A stretch of 64,000 nucleotides of DNA from Octopus vulgaris (GCA_951406725.2 OX597814.1:204724001-204788000), one strand, 5' to 3'. Shown: positions 12,819 through 24,651, numbered from the stretch's first letter. Notes: generated from the sequence alone by a model not told the origin. Translations and numbers: made by a program.

Positions 12819-12913
12819 ATCACTACCGTGGTTGAATGATAGGTTGACAAGCATTTCAACAGTAAATTTACGATGTGCACTGATCCAAATCATGATGGTA
12901 ACTAAATAGAAAA

Positions 12914-13512
12914 GGCGGCGAGCTGGCAGAGACGTTAGCACGCCAGGCGAAATGCTTAGCGGTATTTCGTCTGCCGTTACGTTCTGAGTTCCAATTCCGC
13001 CAAGGTCGACTTTGCCTTTCATCCTTTCGGGGTCGATTAAATAAGTACCAGTTACGCACTGGAGTCGATATAATCGACTTAATCCGTTTGTCTGTCCTTG
13101 TTTGTCCTCTCTGTGTTTAGCTCCTTGTGGGTAGTAAAGAAATAGGTATTTCGTCTGCCGCTACGTTCTGAGTTCAAATTTCGCTGAGGTTGACTTTGCC
13201 TTTCATCCTTTCGGGGTCGATAAATTCAGTACCAGTTACGCACTGGAGTCGATATAATCGACTTAATCCGTTTGTCTGTCCTTGTTTGTCCTCTCTGTGT
13301 TTAGCCCCTTGTGGGTAGTAAAGAAAAAGGTATTTCGTCTGCTGTTACGTTCTGAGTTCAAATTCCGCTGAGGTTGACTTTGCCTTTTATCCTTTCGGGG
13401 TCGATAAATTCAGTACCAGTTACGCACTGGAGTCGATCTAATCGACTTAATCCGTTTGTCTGTCCTTGTTTGTCCTCTCTGTGTTTAGCCCCTTGTGGGT
13501 AGTAAAGAACTA
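12914..13512 (+). mobile_element. Nin/Deu-domain SINE with triplicated 184-bp body and 17-bp TSD
   Basis: Head ggcggcgagctggcagagacgttagc. Domain cctttcatcctttcggggtcgataaattaagtaccag. Units start at 12961, 13145, 13329. TSD GGTAACTAAATAGAAAA at 12897-12913 and 13513-13529. Confidence 0.9.
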
Positions 13513-14019
13513 GGTAACTAAATAGAAAAAATGGTGAAACATTAAGTACAGGAAGACCCTGTTGCCACCTTCCTAATTCACTATTGAAACACACCAGCGA
13601 CCTTGTAGAAATAGGGGTGGGTTTGTTTTTGGCTGAACCCTGTACATTAACTGTTTAGAATTTAAACCAGCCATATCTGGCCCACGTATCCTAACTGATT
13701 GATTTATGTTCAAACTGACCAGATCTGGCCTCTCACACCTATCCTGCAATGTGTTTGTAAAAATAAACAATCACTTCATGGAATCTTGAAGCTACAAGAT
13801 AATGCATGATTAATTGAAAATAATCATTTGTGTCGCATTCATGAGGTACCATTCATACGCAACATTTGTGCAACACACTTCCATCAATTATCGAACATTT
13901 TTGCAGACTGGCATTTTCTCTCTAGCCCTATTTTCCTTTTCAGATGAAAGGTGAAATAATTCACCAATTCAGGGCCAGAGATGAAGATGCCTGACTTTAA
14001 CCCTTTCAACCTTGTCTTC

Positions 14020-14296
14020 AAAATCACCTCTCTCGCAATTGCTACTACAATCAGAAAACAATTCTTACCTTCTTATGAGAGGAAATACAGTGAGTCAATT
14101 TTTACTATTGACTCAGACGATAGCTGTACTCTTCCTGCACTTGACAACAGTTGTTCAGCATAAACCCACACATCTGACACCTCCGAACACTGAATAATAG
14201 TGTGGAGGACAGTTTCCCTATCCCGCTCACATCTTGGACAGGTCGAAGGGCTGTGGCCACCATGCCCTGTGAGTTTATCCTGAACAGGTAAGGCTC
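14020..14296 (-). mobile_element. Tx1/L1-clade LINE ORF2 fragment (zf-RVT zinc-binding region)
   Basis: GALPVQDKL...TCPRCERDRETVLHTIIQCSEVSDVW matches the LP...CPxC...ETxxH...C...W motif. Confidence 0.8.
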
Positions 14297-14468
14297 CAGT
14301 TCTATATTTAAGAGATGAGGAATTATGTACATTATTTACAATTGATGGATATTTGTCCTCATCATGTTTGTTGTAAACACAACGTTTCGGCTGATATACC
14401 CTCCAGCCTTCATCAGGTGTCTTGGGGAAATTTCGAACCTGGGTTCTCATTCCTAAGGTATCTTTCTA

Positions 14469-14509
<41 letters not shown>

Positions 14510-14582
14510 TCACTGCCTGGAATCGAACTTGGAGTCTTGGGGTTAGTATCCCGCACTCTTAAACCACTACGCCATATGCCCG
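14297..14582 (-). mobile_element. tRNA-headed SINE-like element with (AAT)n spacer and hammerhead-bearing tail
   Basis: A-box TGGCGTAGTGG (14564-14574), B-box GTTCGATTCC (14519-14528), (AAT)n 14471-14504, hammerhead motif 14376-14421. Confidence 0.8.
14376..14421 (-). ncRNA. Minimal type I hammerhead ribozyme motif (Penelope-type)
   Basis: GACAC-CUGAUGA-A-GGCUG-gaggguauau-CAGCC-GAAA-CG-UU-GUGUU: intact core, stem II hairpin, palindromic minimal stem III (AACGUU), stem I GACAC/GUGUU. Confidence 0.8.
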
Positions 14583-14789
14583 TTGTGTCGTAGGGTACTC
14601 TGCTAAAGGCACCCCAAGGGCCAGCTGGTAAATCTAATCTGTTCAACAGATTGAGTCTACCACAAGAATAAGAATGGTCCTTCTCACCCATGGACTGGTA
14701 CACAATTTCTATCAACCAAATTTGATTCACAAGCATTTGGTCAATCTAGGCTTTTCTATAATAGATTATTGTAATTACTGTTCGGTCTA

Positions 14790-15080
14790 CTGAAGGTTGC
14801 CTTATGTGAGAATATATCAGATGTACCACAGCCATTGCTAATTAGTTCTTTTATGTATCAGGAAGGTGGTCATCTTTATCTATGTACATGATATCATTCC
14901 ACTGTCGATATGGTTGGTATCTAGGAAGTTAATCATGCTTGTAATGGCAATGAACGTAAGACTAAAGCCATTGAATGTTTGAATTAAACCTTTTCCTAAA
15001 CTTGTCAAATATATAGCTGTTTGTGTGGCCCAAGACAGGTATGTTTCCACTTCGTCACTGAGCATTCTTATCTCTTTGAT
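14790..15080 (-). mobile_element. Highly degenerate Penelope-like RT fragment
   Basis: ...FNGFSLTFIAITSMINFLDTNHIDSGMI resembles the PLE RT segment (LxFT...INFLDxxI...G); stops nearby. Confidence 0.35.
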
Positions 15081-15102
15081 TTTATAATTTTGCTTTGAGT
15101 GT

Positions 15103-15605
15103 ATCATCATCATCGTTTAGCATCCGTTTTCCATGCTAGCATGGGTTGGACGGTTCTACTGGGGTCTGTGAAGCCAGAAGGCTTCATCAGGCCCAGTCAA
15201 ATCTGGCAGTGTTTCTACGGCTGGATGCCCTTCCTAACGCCAACCACTCCGAGAGTGTAGTGGGTGCTTTTTACGTGCCACCCGCACCGGTGCCAGACAG
15301 AGCTGGCAAACGGCCACAAACGGATGGTGCTTTTTATGTGCCACCGGCACGAGGGCCAGGCGAGGCTGGCAACGGACACGAAACGGGGCGGTGCTGGCAA
15401 CGGTCGCGAAACGGAAGGTTCTCTTACATGCCACCGGCACTGGTAACACATCTGCAATTTCCATTGATCGATTTCGATTCTGATCCTCACTTGCCTCAAC
15501 AGGTCTTCACAAGTAGAGTTTTGTGTCCCAAGAAGGGAAGGTATGCATACGTAGGCTGGCTCCATCCCATGTAGAAGGCCACGGGTTATGGACTCACCTG
15601 TCCTG
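15103..15605 (-). mobile_element. RTE-derived 3'-end repeat
   Basis: (cat)n tail on the left; subrepeats like those of 25001-25650. Confidence 0.85.
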
Positions 15606-15747
15606 CCGTATCAAAGATGTGTAATAAGACCAACATACACCTCAGCTCTGTTGTAGTTGCCCATTGTACATTAAATAGGTTGTTGCTTTTAGCATGTAGA
15701 ATTGTTGAAAAGAGACCAATTTCCTGACATATATTATTAGCTTAGGT

Positions 15748-16345
15748 CCGCCTGACTGGCTCCAGTGCTGGTGGCACGTAAAAAGTACCATCCGAATGTG
15801 GCTGATGCCAGTACCCACTAACTGACCCCATACCAGTGGCACGTAAACAGAACTATCTGAACGTGATCGATGCCTGGCCCACTTGACTGGCTCCTGTGTC
15901 GCAGGCACATAAAAAGCACCCACTACACTCTCGGAGTGGTTGGCATTAGAAAGGGCATCCAGCTGTAGAAACATTGCCAGATCATGCTCAGAGTTGCTGA
16001 AGCATGGAACAAACTGCCTGCATCAGTTGTTGACTGCCATGACCCTGCATCCTTTAAGGCCCTCATGCTTTCCGAAATCCGCCGAAACTACACCTGATTG
16101 TCCCCCTTCTATACTCATACACATATGTGTATGTCACGACTCATGCACTGTTCTTTTCCTGACGCTTGTACATTGCCCTATGTACTATACATACACTTTA
16201 GATGAGTTGTAGAGCACCTGAGCACTGTACACAATGTTTTATTATTATTATTATCAGATTGGAGCCTGCTGCAGCCACTGGCTCTCCAGACATCAGTCAA
16301 ATCATCCAACCCATGCCAGCATGGAAAACACGTTAAACGATGATG
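15748..16345 (+). mobile_element. RTE-derived 3'-end repeat interrupted by a CR1 3' fragment (~15985-16253)
   Basis: cattgccagatca|[CR1: gagttgctgaagcatggaac...(att)n]|tcagattggagcc resumes the host repeat. Confidence 0.8.
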
Positions 16346-16662
16346 TTATTACCACAGATGATGCTGTGTTCAGCTTGAAAACTGCAAATTGAGAAAATTC
16401 CACAGGAGTAGAAAGGATTCGGCAAAGGTGGTTAGGGCAAGTCTGTTGGATAGTGATAAAAAATAAATGATGAGAGAAGAAACAAATGATCGTGTTGCAA
16501 AGTGAGTTTAGATTTTGGTGACTTTACAAGAAGCTTACTCTGAGCAACAGGGGCCATTATAATAATGCTAGAAAACACTGAGTTAAGGGGCAGTATCCTC
16601 TTTTATTGCCAAAGTCTGGAAGAAGGAGTGGTGTGTATGGCTTTTGTAGAGCCTCCAAGAGT

Positions 16663-17021
16663 AATTTTCAAACTCCACCTGTCTAACACTCATGGACATG
16701 TTTACAAAGTCAGAAAACAGCACAGCTCCCATGAGTTTCGGAAACATTTTTTCATGCTGAGAGTTGCTGAAGCATGGAACAAACTGCCGGCATCAGTTGT
16801 TAGTTATCGGAGCACTGCATCCTTCAAAACTTCCATGCTTCCCGAGATTCGCCAACACTACACCTGATTTTCTCCCCTCCATACACATGCAAGCATGTAT
16901 CTGACTCATACACTGTCCGCTTTCCAGACATTTGTACATTACTACATATACTTTATACGCACTTTCTGACAAGTTGTGGTGCACCTGAGCACTGTATACA
17001 ATAATTTCATTATTATTATTT
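16663..17021 (+). mobile_element. CR1-clade LINE 3' fragment (ORF2 C-terminus plus 3' UTR)
   Basis: FKLHLSNTHGHVYKVRKQHSSHEFRKHFFMLRVAEAWNKLPASVV...FK, the typical CR1 TRGH..K..R..FF..RV...WN.LP terminus. Confidence 0.9.
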
Positions 17022-17024
17022 TAT

Positions 17025-18300
17025 GTGGTTCGTGCTCCTATTGAACAATTGCAAATGGCAGCTGTAAATGAGACATGTGAAGAGAGAAGGCATACTAAAA
17101 AGGGAAGGATGAGTGACAGGTTGATGAAAGAGTTGGGAGTGTCTGGAGAGAGAGAGATCTGTGAGTTAGACATTAAATTAGACTTAATGCTAATCATTCG
17201 GGCGTCCTTTCTTTAGATGTAATTTAAGATGTCTGCATGTGCAGCATCAGCACCATTCCGAATGTAGCAGTAATACTCCATTGTGAAATCGGATTTTATC
17301 TGAGCCTTGATGAAGGTCTGCAAGTTGATTGTAAGGTAAAGTACTCTCTAGTACTGAAGAGGATTGGTCATTCTACAGCAGTTTTTGTTGCACTGGGGTG
17401 CACTTTTGTTAGGGAAGTTCCTCATTGATGACAAAGTCTGATATCTGTAGTGATCCCAAGGGTTTGAGTTTCATGCTGTTTTTTTTTTCTTTTGGTGGTG
17501 GTGGGGAGCACAGTGTTTTCTTGATGTGTGTGGTGGTTGTATGTTTGTATTGTTGAAGGAGGTATGACCGATGTGAGCCCCACAAGGTCAGTCTATCAAA
17601 TAAAAACAGATTTGGCATGAGGTGCGTAGATTGCATGTTGATGATGCTTCACTGCAGAAGGTTAGGGAGGAAAGAAGGCTTGTATCACTTGAATAAGGGT
17701 AGGCGTTATTAGGGGGTAATGGGAGTTAGGATGTTGATGTATAGGGGTAAGAGTGTGAAGGGACAATGGTGAGATATGGCAAGACGTTGATCCCATAGAC
17801 AAGAAATGGTTGGATTTCATTGCTGGGCTGTTTTGTTGGAGATTCACAAGTGCAACAACACTGTTTTTACTAACTTTCTCTAGAATGAAGACCTTCCATT
17901 GGTAGCTGACAAAGGTGAGTAGGTTTCCAGTGGATCCGGTGGTACGAAATCTGTTGTGGTGATCATTAAGGTAGGAAGAAAAGATTCAAGATGTCAGTGA
18001 AAGGTATTAATGTTGTTCTCATTACCTTTGAGATGTTGGAAGTGAATGTGGTATGAATGGTGGCTGGTAAAGTATGAAGGTTGCCCTTCTAGAGAATTGA
18101 TCTCACTAGGTTGTTTTGAAACAGTGGAGGTAAATTCTGGAGAGAAAGAAAGAGAGAGATACAGAGAGAGAGAGACAGAGAAAGAGTGAGAGAGGAAGAG
18201 GGAGAGACAGAGAGAGGGGGAGAGAGAGAAGAAGAAAGAGAGAAAGAGAGAGAGAGAGAAAGGAAGAGAGAGTAACATGTGGATGCCTCACTAATGATTA
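17025..18300 (-). mobile_element. Ancient LINE 5' portion (Cys-rich ORF1 remnant plus APE endonuclease N-terminus)
   Basis: Minus-strand remnants RVLYLTI...RKDA..ISIKSNLMS...FTCLIYS resemble APE motifs (LYxN, YRKDR, GGVxIxIKSxL, IYRPP); Cys-rich remnant near 17570-17660; many frameshifts. Confidence 0.4.
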
Positions 18301-19305
18301 GTATTCTCTTTGAGAAAGTCCTCTACAAGTTTTCATTTTTTAACGTAATGAAAAATGGCGAACAGACGATTTTTGTGTCGTCTGCTGGTTGTGGAGGCTC
18401 GTGGTAGTTTTCAAGCAATAGTCACGGTCTTCCGAAAGCGACGGTGACATGTTTCGATTCTTGATTCACTCGCTGGTTGAAGAAATATCTTCGATCATCT
18501 GCAGGTTGTTGAAACATTCTGAGTTGCCTACAGGTTCTAAGAAAATTTGTAACTATTTGCAAGTTGTAGGAATACTTTGTATCGTTTGCAAGTTGAGGAG
18601 AAATGAAATATTTTCATATAGAGCGATCAGTCTCTTAAATCGACAGGAAGATCAACGACAATAAACGTTGAAACCAATTGCTTAGTATGGATTTTGGCCA
18701 CAAAATTGCCGCCTTTTTTCGTAAACGTCACATACCTTCGACTTCAGCATACACATGTATATAGATGTCCACCCCTTAAGGTCTTCATACCCAGCACACC
18801 ACACGTTATACCACTGATTAAAACACGCATTTTAATATGCAGTTATTTAGTTCTTATCAAGATATTTGACCAATATCTGTAGAGAGTAGGTATGGTCGCT
18901 TAAATCGACCCTATTATATAACTTGTATTTTATTAATCTCTATAGAAATCAAAGGAAAATCGATTTCAACTGGGTTTGAATAGTGGGGCGATTTAAATAT
19001 TTATTCAACCGCTGAGGCCATCTTCGTGTGTCGTACATACCTACATACATACAAATCGGAACATGCATTGATTCCAAATACTGTACGTATACACATACAT
19101 GCACAAATGCACAGACGATGTTGAAATTCCAACGAAAAAGCTTTGGATCTAGTTTTAGAAACCGGCTCTTTCTCTATTGGCAAGAAATCTTGAAATAAAA
19201 CTGATGACATATATACATACATTCATGCATGCATGGGTGCGTACGTACGTATGCACGCACGTACGTACGTATGCACGTACGCACGCACACATAGACATAT
19301 GCACA

Positions 19306-20645
19306 CAAGGGTTGTCCCAAAAAGTAATGCCGGAGTGGACATGACTATTTTATTAGCTTACACAGGTCGTTCATATAGCACAATGGTTCATTAACTCTTT
19401 CTCTAGGCAAACATTTCTTCTTGTTCTGCATTGCAGGCAAATGAATCAGCTCCGAGCAGAAGCAACGTTCCATCATTGAGTTCTTGATGAAGAATGGTAC
19501 GCAGGTTATCTGACATCCATAGAAGGCTTCAAGTTGTTTACAGAGATGACTCCATTGACGAGAGCAATGGAACATGAATGTACTGTGAGTAGCATGTAGT
19601 TCTGAGACACTAAATAAAGCTCGAAGAAGCAATTAGGAGGAAGAGATGGAAAAAGAATTTGCAAACGAGCGACCTTCATCATGGAACCCCTATCTTGCCC
19701 AGGATATTAATCGTCTGGAAGCCGTTCAGCGACGTGCAACCAAGAGAATTCCCTCCATCAGGCATTTGCCATATTCTGAGCGCCTTACTTCCCTGGGCAT
19801 GGATACATTGAAACCCCGACGTCTGGCAGCTGACTTGGCAGACACCCATAAAATTATAAACCATCTTACAAACAATAACTCTGAGCACCTTTTCAAACTC
19901 CACCTGTCTAACACCCGTGGGTATGTTTACAAAGTCAGAAAACAGCACAGCTCCCATGACTTCAGGAAACATTTTTTCACGCCAGGAGTTGCAGAAGCAT
20001 GGAACAAACTGCCGGCATCAGTTGTTAGTTGTCGGAGCACTGCATCCTTCAAAACTTCCATGCTTCCTGAGATTCACCAACTCTACACCTGATTTTCTCC
20101 CCTCCATACACACGCAAGCATGTATCTGACTCATGCACTGTTCACTTCCCAGACATTTGTACATTACTGCAGATGCTTTATACGCACTTTTGACAAATTG
20201 CTGTGCACCTGAGCACTGTATACAATAATTTCATTATGTATTATGATAATGCGAAATCAATATATCATTGACAACAAATCAAACAGTCGGTAAATTGGGC
20301 TGATCAGTGTCCCATGCAGCTCCATCACATAGAGCGAACCTGGTACCTTCCGAATTGCATCTGCTCTGTTCAATGAAAGGGAATCTGCGGAGACACTGAT
20401 TTGATGACACAGCCGAGGTGTAGTGGCCGCGAAGAGGCGGGTACAGCAATGCAAAGACGAGCTTTTTCAAAGATGATCCGAGAGTCGGCTTCAACCATGG
20501 CACAGATGCATCTCTTGTACCGAAGACTATATTGAGCAGTGCCTTTCTGTAGAGCAAGAATTACTCTACCAACATGTGCAATTTGAACGATCTGTGTCAG
20601 TTAATAAAGATGTTATGCCTACCTTTGCGTAAACTTTCGGTATAG
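19306..20645 (+). mobile_element. Degenerate mariner element, internally deleted and interrupted by CR1
   Basis: Left TIR-like caagggttgtcccaaaaagtaatgc. N-terminal HTH KQRSIIEFLMKNG..SDIHRRLQVVYRDDSID (19460-19565). C-terminal VPSELHLLCSMKGNLRRH.FDDTAEV...WHRCISCTEDYIE (20340-20537). Confidence 0.75.
19675..20240 (+). mobile_element. 5'-truncated CR1-clade LINE (ORF2 C-terminus, ORF 19646-20092)
   Basis: WNPYLAQDINRLEAVQRRATKRIPSIRHLPYSERL..LG..TL..RRL..DL...KI...NTRG...WNKLP, the canonical CR1 ORF2 tail. Confidence 0.93.
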
Positions 20646-21480
20646 CACTCGAAGGTTATAATTAAGCTCTTGTAAGGTGAGTGAGGCAGATATAAATATA
20701 CTTTTTGATTGTAATTGTTGGACCAGAATATTTCCCAATAGTTTTGGCTTTTCAGTGCGGCTTCTGAGAACTTTTTATATTAGTGAGTTGCTGCTGAAAT
20801 CCCTGTTGGCTGTGTCTGCCAGTTCCATTCGTTCTTCACGGAATTGGCGAGGCGCCACGAAGCGTGGAGTGTTTTATTTTCGTGACATACATAGTAATAG
20901 GCTGACACAACGAGAGAGAGAGAGCTTCAAAACAGGTCTCTCAACTTGCTAGAAGCAGCAGCCAAAATTCCCTCAAATAAAATCTTGTCGTCGGAAAACA
21001 CAGAGACGGGTACACATTAGACAATATAATCCTAGATATACAAAAAGACAGAATAGTCATGGCTGGAACGGCTAGCTGGATTCAGCAATGAGGTGGGGGT
21101 TAAACAACAAAAACACAAGCACATACATAAAGTTTGAAGAGGTGAGTCAGTGATTATATAACTTTGAAGATTCACTTACATTGGGATAAGGATAACTGAC
21201 TGGAAAATTTGCCAAGGATGCCTTCTGCATGAAAGATAAGCAGTTAGGTGAAAGCTGACATACAACATAAAGTATGTTAGGCCTCGCTTACCTATAAGGA
21301 TAACAGAGTTTGGTTAGAAAAGTTTGGTGGTTATTTTTAATGGTGGTGGCACCTGGATGGCAGGAAAGGAAGGTATATTGGGTTGCGACAAAAGAATTCA
21401 AGCAGGATTCTTCTTATTGTTAAATTGGATTGCGGAAACGGCTTAGCTCACAGGTGGGGGGTAGAATAGTCGAGAAGATG

Positions 21481-21514
<34 letters not shown>

Positions 21515-22099
21515 CACACACACACACACGTGCTCACACACACTAACATACATAGACACACATGCGTGCATACATACACACACATGCGTGCATACATACA
21601 CATACTCATATATATATATGCATACACATACACACACGCACTCGCATACACTAACATAGATAGACACACATACGTGCATACATACACATACTCATACATA
21701 TATATGCATACACACACACACACACACACGTATACTCACACATACACATGTGCACAGACTCTCTCACGCACACACAGATTATTCGCAGACAGTCGTGTTT
21801 ATAATGAGGAGAGCCCCCTTATATGGACAAGACCATTGCATCTGCGAATGTTGTAGAAATGCATTAAAAGTGGTTTGGAAAAAAAAAAGTTCGGTGGCGC
21901 ATTCCAGCTGATGTAATATTTTAAGATTGGTTTATATATGTGTGTGTGTGTGTGTGATGGAAGTAGTGGGATAAACACGAAGAGTGTCAGAAACAGGTAG
22001 TTTCTATTTTTACGTAAGGCAAAGAAAATATATTTTCTCCGCTCCCACCAAATATTTATACTTCTCTTCAGTTATTGTTGAAAGTTACTAAATTTACAA

Positions 22100-22117
22100 T
22101 TAATCTCTCTCTTTGAT

Positions 22118-22151
<34 letters not shown>

Positions 22152-22650
22152 ATTCTCTCTCTCTCTCTTTGATTCTCTCTCTCTCTTTCTTTGATTCTCT
22201 CGCTCTTTCTTTGAATCTCTCTCCTTCCCACTCTCTCTCTCTCTCTATGCCTTTTTCTCCCACTCCCTTACACTTTCTTGTCCACCTCCGCTCTCCGCCC
22301 CTCTCTCTCTCTCTCTCTCTCGTTATTGTCACCACTCTCTCCTTTCTCTTTGCGTCTTTCTCCCCCTCTCTCTTCCCCTCTCTCTCCGTTTTCTCCCCCT
22401 CTCTCCTGTTATCTAAAGTGACTATTTCTTCACTCATCTCTCTCTCTCTCTCTTGTCCTTATCATGCCTCTCTCTGCCCCTCTCTTTGCCTCTTTCTCTT
22501 TCTTTCTCCTACTCTCTCAGGCTCCTTCCATCTTCTCTCTCCTCTCCTTCTTTTTCCCATCTCTTTTCTCTCCCCTCCTTCTATCTCCAACCAGCTTTTC
22601 CCTCTCCCTCTCTCTCTCTTCCTCCCTTCCTCCCACTATTTCTCATTCTC
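22100..22650. repeat. (CT)n-rich polypyrimidine low-complexity tract
   Basis: About 550 bp almost purely C/T on the + strand. Confidence 0.9.
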
Positions 22651-22907
22651 CTATCCTCACCTAATTACACAAATAATGGAAACAGTATTTATAGAGTGTG
22701 GTTCCTCTTTGTTTAAAAAAATGTTCATCTGGAGCCAAAATAGAAGTTGATTCAGAACAAACAGTTAACGATGAATTGACAGAGTTTAAACAACAACAAC
22801 AACAACAAAAGAGACATACATATTAATTTTACAGACTTATTCCAAAGTGGAAATAGATTCTACCTAACGTCTTGGCAACACAAATTCTAATATTAGAGGC
22901 CCTTCAA

Positions 22908-23118
22908 CGAGATGAACTTGTAGAATCGTTAGCACACTGGGCAAAATGCTTTATAGCATTTCATTTGTCCTTATGTCCTGAGTTCAAATTCCACTGAAGT
23001 TGACTTTGCCTTTCATCCTTTTGGGGTCAATAAAATAAGTACCAGTTGAGTACTGGGGTCGATGTAATAGACTTACCTCCTTCCCCAAACTTGTTGGCCT
23101 CGTGCCAAGAATTTAAAA
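22908..23118 (+). mobile_element. Nin/Deu-domain SINE (diverged)
   Basis: gaatcgttagcac...gagttcaaattcc...gcctttcatccttttggggtcaataaaataagtaccag. Confidence 0.8.
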
Positions 23119-23389
23119 CAAATTTTAGAGGCTCTTCATTCATTCCTAACTTTTCCTGACCATACAACAACCACAGGCAGCCTATGCACCACACTTCAAA
23201 CTCACAATGATCCTATGCGTAGAAACCCTGAGATCATTCTCCAGGGGTCCAAGCCAACCTTGTCTCTTTTAAGAGTAAAGCAACCCAAGTGCTACTTCTT
23301 CAAAGAAAGCAATAATGCCCTTCCTCAAAACATGAGCAGCATTCACTGAGAAGCCTCACAGTCACTGAAAATGTTGGGCCTCTCTTTTG

Positions 23390-23811
23390 GTGAAGATATA
23401 TGTGAACTGGCAGCAAATTGGTGCAGATTAAAGAGACGGTCAGAAGATTGATACCTGACATGTATTCCCAGAGAGCTAGTCTTAGCAAAAGCATGAGTAA
23501 AAGCAGCAGCAAAGTACAAAGAAAAGAGAGTTGGGGCAAGGATGTCACCCTGCTTGACACCATTCTCTACAGGTCCTGCCATGCCATCACCAACATTGAT
23601 CTAAGCCTCCATCCCAACATGAAATTATTTAATTATAGATACAAAGTGATATGGACATCCAAGTTTGCCAAGTATTTTCCATAGCAAGGCCCTATTCACA
23701 GTATCAAAGGCTTTGGTTAAATCAATGAATACCTGGACAAGATCTATATTCTGCTCATAGCACTTCTCCTGCATCTGTCTTTCCATGAAAATCATATCCA
23801 TTGTCCCTCTA

Positions 23812-23813
<2 letters not shown>
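23390..23813 (-). mobile_element. RTE-clade LINE reverse transcriptase fragment
   Basis: RGTMDMIF..RQMQEKCYEQN..LVQVFIDLTKAFDTVNR.LLWKILGKLGCP, then GVKQGDILAPTLFSLYF...GIHVRYQSSDRLFNL; frameshifted. Confidence 0.93.
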
Positions 23814-23852
<39 letters not shown>

Positions 23853-23855
<3 letters not shown>

Positions 23856-24481
23856 TGTATAAAGGGTCGTGGGTAAGGCCAAAACAATGCGAAGTAAATG
23901 CAAGGTAAATCACAAGAAAACAAATATGTAAATTAATGTAGACTTTCCTTGTATTCAATATTTCAGGGTTATGACCCCATTTTCAAGAAATTGACAAATG
24001 TTGCTGATGTGTGTGTGAGCGTGTGTGGAGTGGACATGCGCAGAAGGGTGTTGCTATAGTAACAGCTTCCTGTCACTCCCTTCTGTTGCTGATCTTAGGT
24101 TTCTTTTGGTGTATGAGGATGGCCTCAGAGATTCTGAGGTTGCCCCTATTCCGCTGTATTGCTTTGATGTGCTACACAGTGGAACAGGGGTAACTTTAGA
24201 ATCTCTGAGGCCATCCTCATACACCAAAAGAAACCTAAGATCAGCAACAGAAGGGAGTGACAGGTAGCTGTTGCTATAGCAACACCCTTCTGTCCACTCC
24301 ACACATGCTCACACACACACACACACATCGGCAATATTCGTTGATTTCTTGAGGATGGTGTCATAACCCCGAAATATTGAATACAAGGAAAGTCTACATT
24401 AATTTGTATATTTGTTTTCTTGTGATTTACCTTGAATTTACTTTGCATCGTTTTGGCCTTATCCATGATCCTTATACAGTA
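23853..24481. mobile_element. ~630-bp foldback (palindromic) element with a hammerhead-like motif in each arm
   Basis: ~305-bp arms are reverse complements (actgtataaagggtcgtgggtaaggccaaaac.../...gttttggccttatccatgatccttatacagt), short central loop, TA flanks. Confidence 0.9.
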
Positions 24482-24523
24482 TATTCTACACAATACTTCA
24501 TAGTAATTATTCCATTATATTAA

Positions 24524-24544
<21 letters not shown>

Positions 24545-24555
<11 letters not shown>

Positions 24556-24648
24556 ATAAGCAACAAGGATATCCAGAGGTAATGCAGTACGATTGTTTCA
24601 CGCAACTCCATTAATTGAATAATACAACCATTACATCAATTTAAATGC
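24545..24648 (-). mobile_element. Penelope-type terminal repeat fragment (same family as 40300-40520)
   Basis: Reverse complement gcgtGAAACaatcGTActgc...ggatatccttgttgcttattttgattata matches 40370-40427. Confidence 0.65.
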
Positions 24649-24651
24649 TGG

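Noticed and set aside
17351-17380. CTGAAGAGGA motif
   Set aside because: Lacks GAAA and closing stems; lies in the LINE remnant.
22169-22750. 193-aa Leu/Ser-rich ORF resembling a membrane protein
   Set aside because: Artefact of the (CT)n tract.
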